From NCBI RefSeq assembly GCF_000485595.1, contig NW_014577078.1:1314977-1378976 (forward strand): DNA of 64,000 bases. Reading direction: 5' to 3'. How positions within the stretch are numbered: position 1 is the stretch's first letter; the number at the start of each line of letters is the position of its first letter. This DNA comes from Priapulus caudatus (Eukaryota). This document shows positions 12,225 through 26,500 of this stretch, piece by piece. The translations under genes were made by a program, and so were the position numbers. The notes beneath the pieces are model-generated. The model was given only the letters and a program-made list of their open reading frames with translations. It searched no databases and was not told where the DNA came from.

Positions 12225-15200
12225 CTTCATGGGACCTATGGCGTCCTTTCGACGGAAAGAAGCATACGGGTATGTCTCAAGTTGCAGGTTGTCGTCCAGC
12301 TGTTAATAATATTCACCTATTGAGTTTTGTTCATACAGCAAAACATGATACGTGATATACCTCGCTTAAATTTACACCTGACTTATTTAAGAGAATGCGT
12401 TTGGCACTTAAAACCACGATTAAGTGAATCTACTGTAATTGGCAATATTACAAACATGTGTGATAGCAAAAATATATGATTGCTTAATCGGTTTACGGGC
12501 GGTATATATTTTGTAGTATATGTATCAGGAGATATGTATCTTAATTGTGTAGCAATTAGTGCATGTATTGAATTGTTTGATGATGCGCTGGGTGTGTTTA
12601 TTACAAATTCATGCAAGGCAACATTCTTTAATATCTTCTCTCAATGTAAGGGTACAAAGTTACCATTGCTTTTTGCTTTTCGGTGAGTTTCACGTCATCG
12701 CCACCCACGAGCTCGATGAACACAATATAATAAGGCGCGACGTGCGTCGATGCATCTCTATTGCCTGAAAACAGGTAAATTTACGCGGTAACCTTTAGTA
12801 TAATAAACCAATTTATACTGTTGAAATAGGACGGTAGAAGTTGCAGGAATTGTTCTTTTTTTAATGTGCATATTTCATTGTATTTATTGGAAACGTCATT
12901 TTGAATCTAACCCTATCGAAAAACCTGCACCAGGTGTGATCCGAATAAATAAAACTGCCAAATTATAATTATTTGTTGAAAAAAGTTGCGGACTTTTTAC
13001 GAGTAAACGCGGAAACAGTACGAAAAATACTCGGATTGTAAACACTTAATTGTCCACCTTGCTCGTCGAGTACGCTTTCAGCGCAGCTGTAGTCTTTCAG
13101 GGTAACTGTTGACCACTGTTTCACGGTATTGATCATGGCCTGGTAAAATGCATCTTCGGAAGTCTTCTCTCCGTGTACACTCAATAGCTGTCCAGTTCTA
13201 CGCAACATGAGAAAGTCATGTTTGTAACATTTCTCGACCAGCTGCCTCATATCGCGTTTACGTTTATTAGCAAAAATCCCAGAATACCATTCAACGAGTA
13301 CATTTTTATCTGATGTTCACGTAGTCAAGTGGTCTTTCCGACTTGGCTGGAGGTATATGCGCAAGTAATATATGCCACCCTGCTCCGTACACATACTAGT
13401 TTTCGAATGTTTAATTCGCGAAAACGCGAAGAGCGAAACGTGAAGAGTTTTGCGTTTGTAGACTACAACCGAAACGCATGGCTATGCCGCGTGCTACACG
13501 CGTGTGTCATTCAACCAAGTTTAGTGGCCGAATCTATGTACAAGATGTGCTGAGTTCTAATGATTGTATTCCCGTTGGTTGTACGTGCACTGTGATAATG
13601 AAAGTTAACGTTTATGAGGTATCGTTGATCTTTGAATTATGAATGTACACAGTTAATAAATATAACATTAAAGATGACTTTCTACGAAATATGGGGAACG
13701 TAGTTTTTATGACAATACTGTGAAGTGCAGTAACTAACTAATGCACTTTGCCTGAACGGTAGCTTCACTAAAAGCGATAGTGTACATAAATGTATCAAGA
13801 AATTAGTTTCGTATTTCATAAAACATACACCGCCATTCCCATCGTGTGCTAGTTTTGGATAATGACGTAGATATGCGCATAATTATATCAACGATTATGT
13901 GTAAAAAGCTACAACTAGATATCGTATAATATTAGTTTAAATGAACGCGAGTTTAAATTAAGTTGAGCCTTTTATCCTTACCTGTACTTGAAGCAAATTA
14001 TAGGCAATCGGTTCATAAAATCCACTACTTCGATGACATCGCCAATGCGGAATCGGTAGAGGGCGCATAATGTTGATGCCACTAGTTCATACTTTTCTCC
14101 GGCTTTAACCTAAATACCAACCCAATTGGTCCCAATTGGAATTTACCTCTATCTAAGGTCGATTCTTGGTTTACGTATGATTTGCGTGTTCAAATAGATG
14201 CTACGTAATTATGCTCCCATTTTAAGAAAACTATCAAATTTGAATCACAATGATGCTGATCAACAGTGGTCAACTTCAACTACAAACAACGCAATCATTT
14301 GTTATGTCAGGAACAACAAAGGTATCGCCACGAACCATATACCGTCATTGTATTGGTCGCAGATTTACGTAGGCGTTCAAGCATTATCACATTTTCAAGT
14401 CAGTTAAATTTACCTGGTCAATGAACAAGGTTTTAGGCTGCTCTTCACCTATGTGTTCAATTGGTATGAATTCAAAAAATGCCACGGTTGGCATCATTGT
14501 GTACCGCTCATCGCCTGCCTTTCTATTGGGGTCCAGATTCACTCCTAGCAAGAATATTACAAAAAGCGTGTTAGACACTTGGAACTATTTGCGCAAAATG
14601 TCATGAATGGGCGAGTAGCGTGTACAGGGCACCTGGAACTATTTCCCACTCTATTATATACTATTATTATATACTATATTATATATATTATCATACTTTT
14701 ACTATAGAGGCAATTTACAATAACGATTTTGAATTAGCAGTGTTTCAACCTTAACCGTCCCACTGCGCTTGATTGATGCGCTGCACGCTGCTCGATTTTT
14801 GGTCGGCAGATTAAATTAATTCTTATATATGAGATAAATTTGGAAATATGAATAATAACAAAAATAATATAGCAGTAACGTAATAATAATGAGTTGTTTA
14901 TGAAAAAAAACGCGTACGATTGTTGATCCTAACGTTACGAATAAATTATCGTTATTTCAATCGTTATGATGATACTTTATAATGTATAACAAATTTTACA
15001 TATCCACGAAAAAATTATGATAGATACAGACCGACCATCGCTTCCGTGGAGCCGTAGACTGGAGAGTAGATGGTGCATCCGCGGGCGTACGACCTCAGCA
15101 ATCGTTCCGCGTACATGGCAAATGTTCCGGATGTTGCGGCGACGATCACCGATAAACTCGGCCAGAGACGCTTGAAGATACCATCGAACCCTTTCTTGAT

Positions 15201-16258
15201 TTCCCTTTCGATTTCGTCTGCCCGCATTGGGTCTGGCTTCATGTACTATTGAAAAGTCGTCGAAAAACTGTTAACCTGATTTCTACGTATGTTAAGTAAC
15301 ATATTATCAGAAGTAGATAATAGGGAAACAGCCTTTCCCTATTATCTATACTTCTGATATTATTATGCGCATCTGATTGGGGTTCGCCATAGAATAATTA
15401 TGATCAATTAACATATTACTAAAGGCCATATATAATTCTCTCCGGTCTTTGATAGTAGGCAACGTAAAACATTAGTTGCTAATAATTATTCTAGCATATG
15501 ATAATTATTCTAGCATATTAATAATAATTATTGTTAAGGCTACGCGCCATAGCTGTTCTAAAATTAATAACACAAGTTGGTAACAGGTGATTAGATTTTG
15601 TGCACAGACGGTTTGTATAGTTATTCTCTTCTAGTATATAGACATGATAAAATTTAACACAGTGCGTATAAACTATTAGAGTGGGATCTATAACATTTTA
15701 AAGTTATTATTAATAGTTTTATAACATTTCAGCATATGCTAAAATGCCATGTTCGATTGGCTCTATAACATAAACTGGTGAACGAGTTACTTCATTAATG
15801 AGCTTCCACCTGATCCCTTCATCGATGTTCAAGTCAGGGGTGATACTGCCTTTTCTGATATCTTCTACCAATTGCGGCCACTTCTCTTCGAGACAGAGTC
15901 CAAAGGTTTGCACCATACTGCTAAATCCTGTCTCTATCTTCGCTGTAATAAGGTATGGATGTTTATGGAACTATTATATGAAGTAGCGTAATTATACCAT
16001 AGCATAGGTAGAATGAACTACGATTCTACCTGCACTTTGTGACATCCAGGATGGCACATATTATTTTGATATATATTTTTATATGCCCCTCAAAGCCATT
16101 CAATATCATATAAATGTCAAGAGCACAACGTTATCACCCATCAGTGATAGAAGTTTGAACCAAGTATAATCAGTTACATACTTATATACTAATATACATA
16201 CTGTACATACATACATACATACATTCATACATACATACATACACGCACGCACGCGCAC

Positions 16259-16317
<59 letters not shown>

Positions 16318-18993
16318 NNNNNNNNNNGGAAGAGGTTGAGGCATGAGACACCGGGAATGACGGAAGAGGTTGAGGCATGAGACACGGGAAGGAGGGGTAT
16401 GAGGCAGGGGGCGGTATAGGGGTTGGCATGCCGCTGCCGGCATGTGTTGCGACTATGTCCTCATCCTGCTTGAATGTAGCAAGGTTTGTTGAACCCTAGC
16501 CACACACACACACACACACATATACATACATACATACGTAATATAAATATACATGATTGTTTTCTGATGATACTATGATAATAAGTCTACGCACGCGTAT
16601 GCGCGTACGCACGCACTCGCGCACGAACACACACGTAGGCCTATACCCGCACGCACACGCACACGCACACGCACACGCACACGCACGTTATATATATACT
16701 ATTAATACTTACATGCATGCTTATCTTTTAGAGCAAATAACAGATGCAGGTAAAGCATCTGCTGTTCATTGCTGATATCCATAGCTTCAAGCGGCGTCGT
16801 CGTCGTCCTCAGGTACAAATCTAGGTAGCACAAGATGGCAAACATTAAATGCACAAAAAAGTAACTATAAGTAAATATGATAACGTATTCATGTAAACTA
16901 GCCTGTTTGCGGGCTACGAGTTTAGATGAGTGAATTGATGCGCAATGAGACTTCACGTCACGCTCTCCCTAAACGCAGATGGCAAGGTAACCGTAATTAA
17001 AATAGTACTTACCGACGTAGAACGTTCGCGGCATGCCCGACATAGGGCCCATAACTATGCCAGCTTCCGTATAGCGGAATCTAGGCATAATGAATAGCCG
17101 GATAGATCTTCCCAGAGAGCGAATCGGCGGAAACTTCGGCAATACTGTCCCCATATATGCCATCAGCTACAACGAAATTCGGAGCCAACAAATTAGTGCT
17201 ATTGCGAGTCCAACCCGTCTCTTTAATAGTAATCCAAGATCCTTAATATATCGCATTATGTTTCTTTAACTTCGCTCAATGCTTATGCGATTTATGTGCC
17301 TGTTTTGATGCGCCTGTTTACGACGAACAAACTTATACGCATGTAGATGCACGCGCACTGCACCGGGATGACTGGTCACCTATGCAATTATAGCAGTATA
17401 TGTCACTTGCAATCAGAGAATCGCATGCTACTTACAGTATATACGATAGACTTGAATGCCGCTAGATCGATCGGCAGTACTTTAGAGAATCCGCTGCTTG
17501 TGCTAGATGTGACACCGAAGTAAAACGGCTTTTCAGGGAGAAGAATTCCAACCTCACCCTTCATCACTCGATCGATTGAGTCCTGTGTGTATAGAAAGAA
17601 ATCCAGCCGTATATTCACGTGAGTGCATGCCGCTTCCGCTTTTGAGATCCACTGTTAGGGATGACGCGCTGTTGCACGTTGCAGGTTTAATGATACTGTG
17701 TTGCATTTCGCGAAAATACCTGTTGATGCCTGTTATGATATAAAAAATAATAATACAAGTTTGGCGTTACGTCCGTTTCGAATATATGGGATGATATCGT
17801 TTATGTAACTTCAATAATGTAGGAGTAATAACAGTATCAGCGTTGTAATATGCATAATAAGATATAAATAACGTTACTGCTGTTACGATGTTATGGGTAT
17901 TACATAATTAAGGTGACTACAGTAATTACGTAATATACAATAATTACTACAATAGTTACGGTAACTACAATAAGTTGAGATTATCAGGCATACAGATTTT
18001 TCGGATGTGACGGGATCCAAAAACCGTTCATAAACGATTGCCCAGAGTCTAAATGAAATACACTGTAATATAACAGGAGGAAAACCTTCATGTTACGTTT
18101 GCAGTGGTTTTTATTATATACTACACATCAGGCTAGCTCCATCAGTCATTTCATTGGCTAGCTCCCAATATCAGGCAATTATTATTGAGCGTCGTACCTT
18201 ATAGTCTGGATACGTGGTTAACGCCTGCTTTTTTACATATTCTTCTCTAGTCGAGATAGAAGCGAAATTGTGATTCTTTCCCCATTCAGTCTGGCTACGT
18301 TTCTTTAGGATATTGCGTAGCATCTCATCCTGTATGAACGGAAAAGCCATTAACATTACCTACATGAAAATTGTTTCTATTGCCATCGACTGCTTAGGCT
18401 TATATATACGCCTAAATAACGGTAACACGTGAGCGAGCATACGTCTCTGTACGTGTCCTAACGTTCTATTGCCCGTATTTAAATTATATGTGCATCGCGC
18501 TTCGTTCTCGATTTGGAATAACGCGATCCGTGGTAAGCGAAATTTCGACAACGGATTGCGCTGACGGCGTTATTGTGTGGCGCGCTCACGTTAATCAACG
18601 CTGATATAGTAACAACGCTCGCGCGCGAAGCCACTTGGTCCATGTCATAATTTGGGTCGACGGCGACGAATATCTCAGCATATAAACGCGCACCTGTACT
18701 TCCTTCGTCCGGATGCTATCCTGGTCGAGCCGGCGCTTGGCGAACTGGCCCATGCACATGCTGACCACGATGAACGAGTATTGCGTGATGGCGGAGAGCC
18801 ACGTATGCGCCTCTGATGCCGGAGACATGCGACTCATGTCGAATGCCATCGCAGCCAGCACCGAGAAGATGATGCCCCATAGTGCTGTACGTATAGAAGG
18901 CGGCGTGTAAACACAAATATGTGAATCCCGTATGAAGTGGGTGGGGGTGGGGGTATCATGCAATACGGTATATGCTGTAGCCCCAAGTGACAT
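12225..18993 (-). CDS. GHDC: GH3 domain-containing protein (GH3 acyl-adenylate/amido ligase family), 594 aa readable, final exon unresolved
   Basis: Exons in transcription order: 18993-18694, 18329-18198, 17582-17436, 17166-17013, 16820-16713, 15942-15791, 15245-15032, 14544-14414, 14109-13982, 13197-13058, 12764-12664, 12299-12225. All GT-AG and phase-compatible. GH3 motifs: TEWG..H.F..I, LTTYPDY, TSSTSSG.SK, W..LV.DI, PDP.RA, RLWP, YGSTE, FFEFIP, GEKYELV, LYRFRIGD, GEKTSE, PYY.VFIE. N-terminal hydrophobic segment as in animal GHDC. Start codon is tentative. Confidence 0.92.
15308..15356. mobile_element. 49-bp CA..TG hairpin with 7-bp TSD (P-like micro-element)
   Basis: CAGAAGTAGATAATAGGGAAA / TTTCCCTATTATCTATACTTCTG, flanked by ATATTAT at 15301-15307 and 15357-15363. 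Confidence 0.75.
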
Positions 18994-19666
18994 CCTACGA
19001 AAGGCAAGTAGATAATCAACTCCGCAAACAAGCAAGGCAATAGCTAAGAGCTCGCTACTAAAACCGTTACAATTATGGTTTATTACGAGTGCAGTTTATA
19101 TAATAATTATATATAACATATATATATTTACTGTTAATATCAGACACATCATTTAGAAAACATCATATTTGAACGGTCCTGATAATATTGGATAATGTGT
19201 CTGTAGTGCATGTTTGGGAGTACGCTCCAGTATGTAGTGTATACAGTCAGAGTTAATTGAGACAACAAACAATGCAAACAAAACAAACAAACAAATATTA
19301 TTTGTTTCTTACACCTGATACATTTATATGTACACAAGCGGTAAGCGCGGCTCGATAGACAACATGGATTTGCCGCAACTTTTTCTCTCTTACGGGGCTA
19401 TTGACGTCACGCAGCGTGCGTGCGTTACGGTGCCGGGCGATAATAGTCGGACGGCCGTGTTGCGATCTCTCGGAGCCAGCACTCTTCATGTCGGTGACTG
19501 GCAGTGGCAGTATGGATGAGTTTATATAATTGCCTCGTGGATTCTTCGAACGCGTTCAAATGAACTGAGGCGAAAAATTCTCGTTCCGCTCGTTTACGCT
19601 TCAGCCACAGCAATTATTCGAGTGCCGCCCTCCCTCATCTCAACCACCACAGCCGACCATGTAGTC

Positions 19667-19787
19667 AGAGAGAGAGAGAGAGAGAGAGAAGAGAGAGCGA
19701 GAGAGAGAAGCAGAGAGAGAGATGAGAGAAGAGAGAAGAGTAGAGAGAGAGAGCGTGTACTGAGGAGAGAGAGGAGAGAGGAGAGAA

Positions 19788-19827
<40 letters not shown>

Positions 19828-19856
19828 GGTGGGGGGGGGGGGGGGGGGGGGGAAGT

Positions 19857-19903
<47 letters not shown>

Positions 19904-20155
19904 GAGAGAGAGAGAGAGAGAAAGAAGAAGAGAGAGACAGGAGAGAGAGAGAGATAAGAGAGAGAGAGAGAGAGAGAGAGATGAGAGAGAGGCGGAGAGA
20001 GAGAGAGAGGGGAGAGGGGAGCAGAGAGAGAGAGAGAGCAGCAGGGAGAAGAAGAGAGAGAGAGAGAGAAGAGAGAGCGAGAGAGAGGAGAAAGAAGAGA
20101 GAGAGAAAGAGAGAGAGAGAGGAGAGAGGAGAGAGAGGAGAGGGTGGGGAGAGAC
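19667..20155. repeat. (GA)n microsatellite with embedded ~115-nt poly-G run
   Basis: Direct inspection. Irregular GA units and the poly-G run suggest low-quality sequence. Confidence 0.9.
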
Positions 20156-20599
20156 ATGTCTACATGCTGCGTAGCCGAGGCGAAGACGCGATAAGTGTTT
20201 ACACGAACACCTCATGAAGTCATTACATACGCAGCTACATCGGAGATTAAAGAAACATTCGCTAAATTATTAACACGGCATGCTGAAGGTTCACCGCGCA
20301 TAGCTTCGTTTATATAGGAACAAAACAAGTTGTGCCTGCTGTGGTGTTCCGAGTCGCAATTCTATTGTACGCACTTTCTTCGCACCTATTTTCTGACTTT
20401 TTGGTTTTCGATGCAGAAAAAAAGTCCAATGATATTATTCAATGCGGCCAAATAATACAGATTTTTTTTTTTCAAAATAAATTAATTGTAAATTTTATGC
20501 GCAAGTTAATATGATTGCAACAACGATGTTCAGCGGAGAAGAAAAACGAAGAACAGAAATACTCAACGGAGGACTGATTAGGAAATGAGTAAAATGAAC

Positions 20600-23500
20600 T
20601 TTATTGCGAGTGCACTGCTCTATAGGACTTGCCTATCATCACTCAAGCTCAGAACCTTGATGCTCTTATGAGTAGCGCCTGTATCTCTTGCAATTTTATT
20701 AACATGAAATCGGCTTTGAATTAATACTCGAGCTGCTCTTCTATAATCCGTAGTATAGTTCAATAGATCACATTAACCTAACTTCTCTACAAATGGTTAT
20801 CGTGACAGTGTGATGGCCGTGGACAATTATTTTACTGCGTTTCTAACACGATTAGAGAATAAATGTAGATACATGCTTTGAAATCTGCACATCAGACCGT
20901 TTTTTGGGGAACCGTTCGGGACCTCAAATCTTTCCATAAAGAAGTTATTCAACTCATTCGCTAAGGTGATCTCTGGCGAGGTTTCTGCAACACTGGCAAA
21001 GAAACGCATTTATTTAGCTATCATCCTGGTAATATTCAAGAGTGGACGCCTCTAAAATAGAGAGAAATAAAGAGAAAACACTTATTGCATTGCCGCAATG
21101 TATATTATTCAACGCATAAAACTACGCCTAGTATGACAATCGCTTGTCAATATCCGTCCTTGAACGAATTAAAATAATAGCAGGCGAAATAGAAGCACGT
21201 TTAATTATGAGTGTTTAAGTGGTAAGGCGATGTCCGCCGCCATTCAGTCATTTGTGGTCTATATATTTTATTGCATATAAAAAACAATCTATACAAATTT
21301 ATTTATACTGAACATATTCACCGATATATATAGCAAACAGTGACGAGCCTCTTAGTTAGCTGTACATTCACCAAGCATCTGAGCACGAGATTCAACGGGC
21401 TTTGTGTCGACTTGTTAGATAGGTGGCCCCTCAGTACGCAACCATTAAAATAACTGCGTTAGCATTAATTACAAAACAAAACAAATGTGGAGATAGTTAG
21501 ATAGTCCCGACCCAACAATAACGTTCTATGTACACCAGTTATTGTCAAAGATTAAATATATTATAGAGATAATGTCTTGTTTAATCTTCGTTTAAATTAC
21601 GGTAATTAATTTGAATTAAATGTGAGGGGTACCATCAAGCAAAATACCTGCGCTGCTCACTTTTGCAATGCCGATCGAACGCTGTGCGTTTTATTGTTAG
21701 CAGCCGCAAACGGCAGTATTATTAATGTTATCAACATTAGTAACTCATATAAACGCGATCCCCAACTATAGGTCGCGTGCAGCAGCAGTTATTCCGTGTT
21801 CTCCCCAGGCTTTTCGATATTCGTATTTCGTAGGCGACCAGTCCTGTTTCGTCGACGTGTGATTCTTCGTGTCTGTCCTTCGTGTTGTTCGACCAGTCCT
21901 ACTTCGGGTAAACAATTTGCATTCACTGTTCCTCGGCTTTCGTTTAGGGCGCAAGCATCGCAGAAAGAATGTTGGTGCGTCCATATTGTTATTGCGAGAA
22001 CTTCACAGTAAGATTTTTGAAGAGATTTCACCGAGTTAGTATTATAGAAACCACAATACAATTAGAAAGAGAATAAAATAAAAATAGAAGAGAATTAAAT
22101 TAGAATAAGGATCACGCAATAAGATAATAGTAAAGCACACTCAAGTACATTAGAAACCGTACGCAATTTGTATTACAATTATTACGGCATTGGCTTGCGG
22201 CCAACGCTAAACTAAGATAAATTGAGAATATTATCGGCTATAGTATGTTGGAACGTAACATGCCGTACGAACAGCGCTATGCACGGTTTTAGAGGATATG
22301 CGATTTTTTTTGCTTAATAAATTTGTGGAATTAAGACACAATGTATAGTTCTACATAAAAAATTCAAAAGGATTCATGATATGACGCTTGATGTGCTTCA
22401 TAGTATACGGCCTTGATGTGTATGAATGAAATATAAGGCGTTCTTTCCTCGTCTGGGCCTCCCATGAATTCATCGTGCATCACTTTCCTTTTCTTGCGTA
22501 CCAATGTCTCCTCATCTATCGCCTTTACCTTCCAGCATTTCTTCAGCCTCATAGTCAGCTCCTTAACTCCTTTGTTCCTTTTATCTCCTCCTAAGCTCTC
22601 CATGCTCATTACATCATCTCTATTTTCTCTTCTGCTATCACTTATCTCTTCTCTTCCGACTCATTTTGTCCCGCTTACCTCTCCAGACTCCTCTATAACT
22701 CAGTCAATGCCACAGTAACCTATCGGCTTAAGCATTGGAGGAACCACTCAAAACAACGGCGAAATTTCTTGGCGTATAATGCTGACTCGTTCGGTAAAGG
22801 TTACTGACGTTCCGTATTGTGTACCGTACAGCACTGCAACCATTTCAAACACAAGCATAATAATATTAACTCTGAAGTGGTTCTGTGAGAAGTAAGAAGT
22901 TGAAGTGAACAGCTGTTATTTACTTACGGAGCTCCACGGTTCTGTTTAGGCGTTTCCAACTCGGCATGATAGAAGACGCGATACGAGTGTGGGACAGTCC
23001 GGAAACGAACACTGTCTTTGTTAGTCGGTGACAGACTTAGCTTGGCGGCTTGCAGTTATCACAGTAGTAACTCAAACGTGTCCCCACTGTAGCGCTGCAG
23101 CGCGTTATTCGTGTTCCGGAACTTATTCGATTTTTAGGCGCTTAGTTGTTGTCGACCAGTCTTTCTTCGCGGTAACAAATTTGCATTCACTGTTCACCGG
23201 CTTCGTTAGGGCGCATGTCATCGCCAGCAAGATGGGTGTACGTATCCATATTGGTTATCTGCCGAATAATTGGGGTAAGAGAATTTCACAGTAGTATATA
23301 GAAACACAATACAATTTATGAAAGAGAATAAAATAAATAGAAAGGAATAAATAGAAGGACAACGTCTCAATACACGACATAGAAATGCACAACACAAGTA
23401 ATTAGAAACCGTACGAGAATTTGTAATTCATTATACGATTTGGTTTGCGGGCAACGAAAATAATAATTAAGAATATTATCGGCTAGTGTTTGTTGACTAC

Positions 23501-26500
23501 ATGCCACGTGACAAAGCGCTAGCACGTTTAAGAGGTATGGATTTTTTAATGTTATAAAAAAAATGCTGGAAATTAAACACATCTATATGCTACAAATAAA
23601 AATTCAAAAGAGTTCATATACGCCTTGAGTGTGTTAACATGTTGATGACATTGAACTATTAAGCGTTCCTTCTCTCGTCGTTGCATTCTCATGCATTCAC
23701 GGCATCACTCCTTTCTTGCGTATCCATTGTCTCGTCAATATATACGCCTTTACCTTCCCCCACTTATCTATCAGCCTCTATTAGCTCCTTAATGCATTTG
23801 TCCTTTTTCTCCCTCCCTAAAGTCTCCCTCTCATTACATTCATTTCTCTTTTTCTCTCTGCGCTCATTATTCCTCTCTCGCATCATTTGTCGCTTACTCT
23901 TCAGAGCTCTTCAGTATAACTCACCAATCGCCACTAGACCTTCGCTTAACATTGCGAGAAACCATCAAAAAACAACCGGCACCAGAAAACTATGTGCGTA
24001 TAGCTGATCCGTCTAGCTAAAACGGTCACTGACCTTTCGTATGCTGTACGCTACCTACATGCCACACATTCCAACACGCAACACTCAATACCATATAACT
24101 CCAACTGACAGTGTGATCTGTGAGCAAGTAGAGTAGAGGTGAGAAGTATGAAGTGTTCACTTACTACGATGCGCACGGCTTATTTCTAGGACTTTCAAAA
24201 CTCGCAATGATTAAAAGACGCTGCAGTTTGGACAGACTCGCAAACGAACTACTGTTTGTAGTCGGGAACAGGTTAGGCTTGCGTAGTCAGGATGCAACGG
24301 GTGCTGGGGTAGTCGTTCGGCTGTATCTTGACATATCGCCAAATCTGACGGCGGAAAAAGTAGAGACAGAATATAAGTATACGCTATAGAGTATATATCG
24401 CTGTGTAGATATAACTGCTGAAAGCTACAAACGACGAAAACGACTGCACATACAGGCGAACGCACTTATTACATTGTCTGAGCCACGCACGCACCCGGCG
24501 CCACGCCACGCACACACACGCGCGCACAGCACACAGACACACACGCACGCGCGTACACACGACACTCACACGCACGCACGCACCGCCTCACGCACATGCC
24601 ACGCAACTTAATTCGGGGCGATCGTCATCGGGACCCGCGGCGGCCTGCTCTCGCGCGGCGCCGGGGGTCGGGGGCCCTCCCCCCCCGTGGGGGTGGGCCT
24701 GGACCGGAGGCCGGGGCCCCCCCTTCGCCACCGCGCGCACGCCTGAATCCATTCCTCTCCCATCGCGCTCCCCCCCTTCCGCGCACCACCCACCCTCACC
24801 CCCGGCTCCCCCCTCCCCCCAGGGCCTCCCCCCGTACCGGCCGCGCGCATAGCTCGACTGGCCTTGCCGCGGTCGCTGCTGGGGCTGCGGCCGAGCGCCG
24901 GGGGCACCGGCGGGCGGGCGTGGGCGGGGGGAATGCCCAGGGGGGGGCTGAGCCCGCCCACACTGCCCGGCGGCCTCCACGCACCGTACACAGCCGCCCC
25001 CCCACCCCCCCCCCCCCCCCCCTCTCCCAGCCGTCGGCGCGGCCCCGGCGGGGCAGCTCGCGGCGCCCACCGCCACCCCCCCCGCTGGATCGCGTATACG
25101 GGCCAACATCCCACGGGGGGCGTGCCCGGCCGATTGGTCACGACGCCCCCCTCACCCCCCACAGCTCCCCACACCTCCCCACTCCCCCGGGGGGGGGGCG
25201 GCCGGGGGCGGGGCGGCGTCGCCGACGGGGGTGGGGGCTCGCGCTCCACACCGCGCCAGCCGCCGGGCCCCTCCGGCCGGGCCGGCGGCTATGTGGCCCG
25301 ATGGGGTTGTGGGGGTGGTGGGAGGGGGGGGGGGGGGGGTGGGGGTGGGGGCCGGGGGCGGGCGGCCCGCCCCCGAGCCCGATCCGCGGCCCGCCCCCCG
25401 CCCCGCGGGGCCGCGAGCCGCCCCCCCCCGCCCCCCCGGGGCCCGTCCGGCCGCGCAGGCCGCCGGGCGGCCCGCGTTCTTCCCCTTCGCGCCGGCCGCG
25501 CGCCCCCGGCCCCCGCCTCCGCTTCCGCGCGGGCCCCCCCGCGGCCGGCGGAGTCCCCAGCCCCCCGAATTGTTCATCGGCTTTTGTCAATTATTTCCTT
25601 AATACGAGCCTTTGCATACTGTGAGGATGCATTTATTATTGAAGAAGTTGACTTCAACGCGTCCAATAGTGTTCGTCAGTGACATTTGCGGTGACATTAC
25701 TGTGCTAGTAATACCAAAGACTTGAAAATGGTACAACACTGTTCTCGTGCTTAGTATTTCAGCGATAAAAAGAAGATAGAGTTGGTGGAAACGGTGACCA
25801 AAATATAAGAGAGCGCTGTATGCCTGCCTGCTGGCACCCGCCAGTTGAAAAACCTGTGAATCTTTCACTAGCCCCACTAAGCCAGTATCAGCTAGGGCAC
25901 CCGAAAAAATTATATTATTTACTGTGATAGTCCGGAAACCAACACAGGTAAATTCCCTAGATTTTATAGTTAAAGCTGGTAGAACTCAAGAATACACAAT
26001 AAGTTCAGAAATAATGCCCAACAATAATATTTAATCAAAGATAATCAATTATTTCAATCGCAAGCGTTTCTCTCCCCCAACGAATTTCCAAGAGTTTTCT
26101 GCCCCTTCTACAACAATTAAATCACTATAGCCGCCACAATACTCGCACCGGTAGATCATGCTATCTACTCTCTAACTCGCTAAACTCGTCTATTATCTCT
26201 CCTCCTGAAAATCGCACATCGCGCCTCGCGCCTTTTAGTCATGGCTGGCCCGCATCTGCTTCCTTCACATGACGTAGTTTTCCCATCATCATCGGCGAAT
26301 TCCAGGTAACAAAGCTCCCAACGTCCGTTCGCTCTTTCGCTCCTCGGCTAAATACTATTGCCGGAGTTTGTCTAAATGAGGCAAAATAGCTCCACTCTCT
26401 ATGGCCGGGTTATTCTTGACAGATGCGTCAGTTGCCAACTGGCACAGAAACGTATGCGGTTCAACACGTACGCTAGACTCTTAATGTAGAGATCGTTCAT

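Noticed and set aside
19594..20217. Poly-Pro/Gly and ER/LS ORFs
   Set aside because: (GA)n and poly-G low-complexity sequence.
24588..25682. Long Pro/Gly/Arg ORFs (up to 342 aa) on both strands
   Set aside because: Stop-free because the tract is almost pure G/C; no domain; probable artefact.
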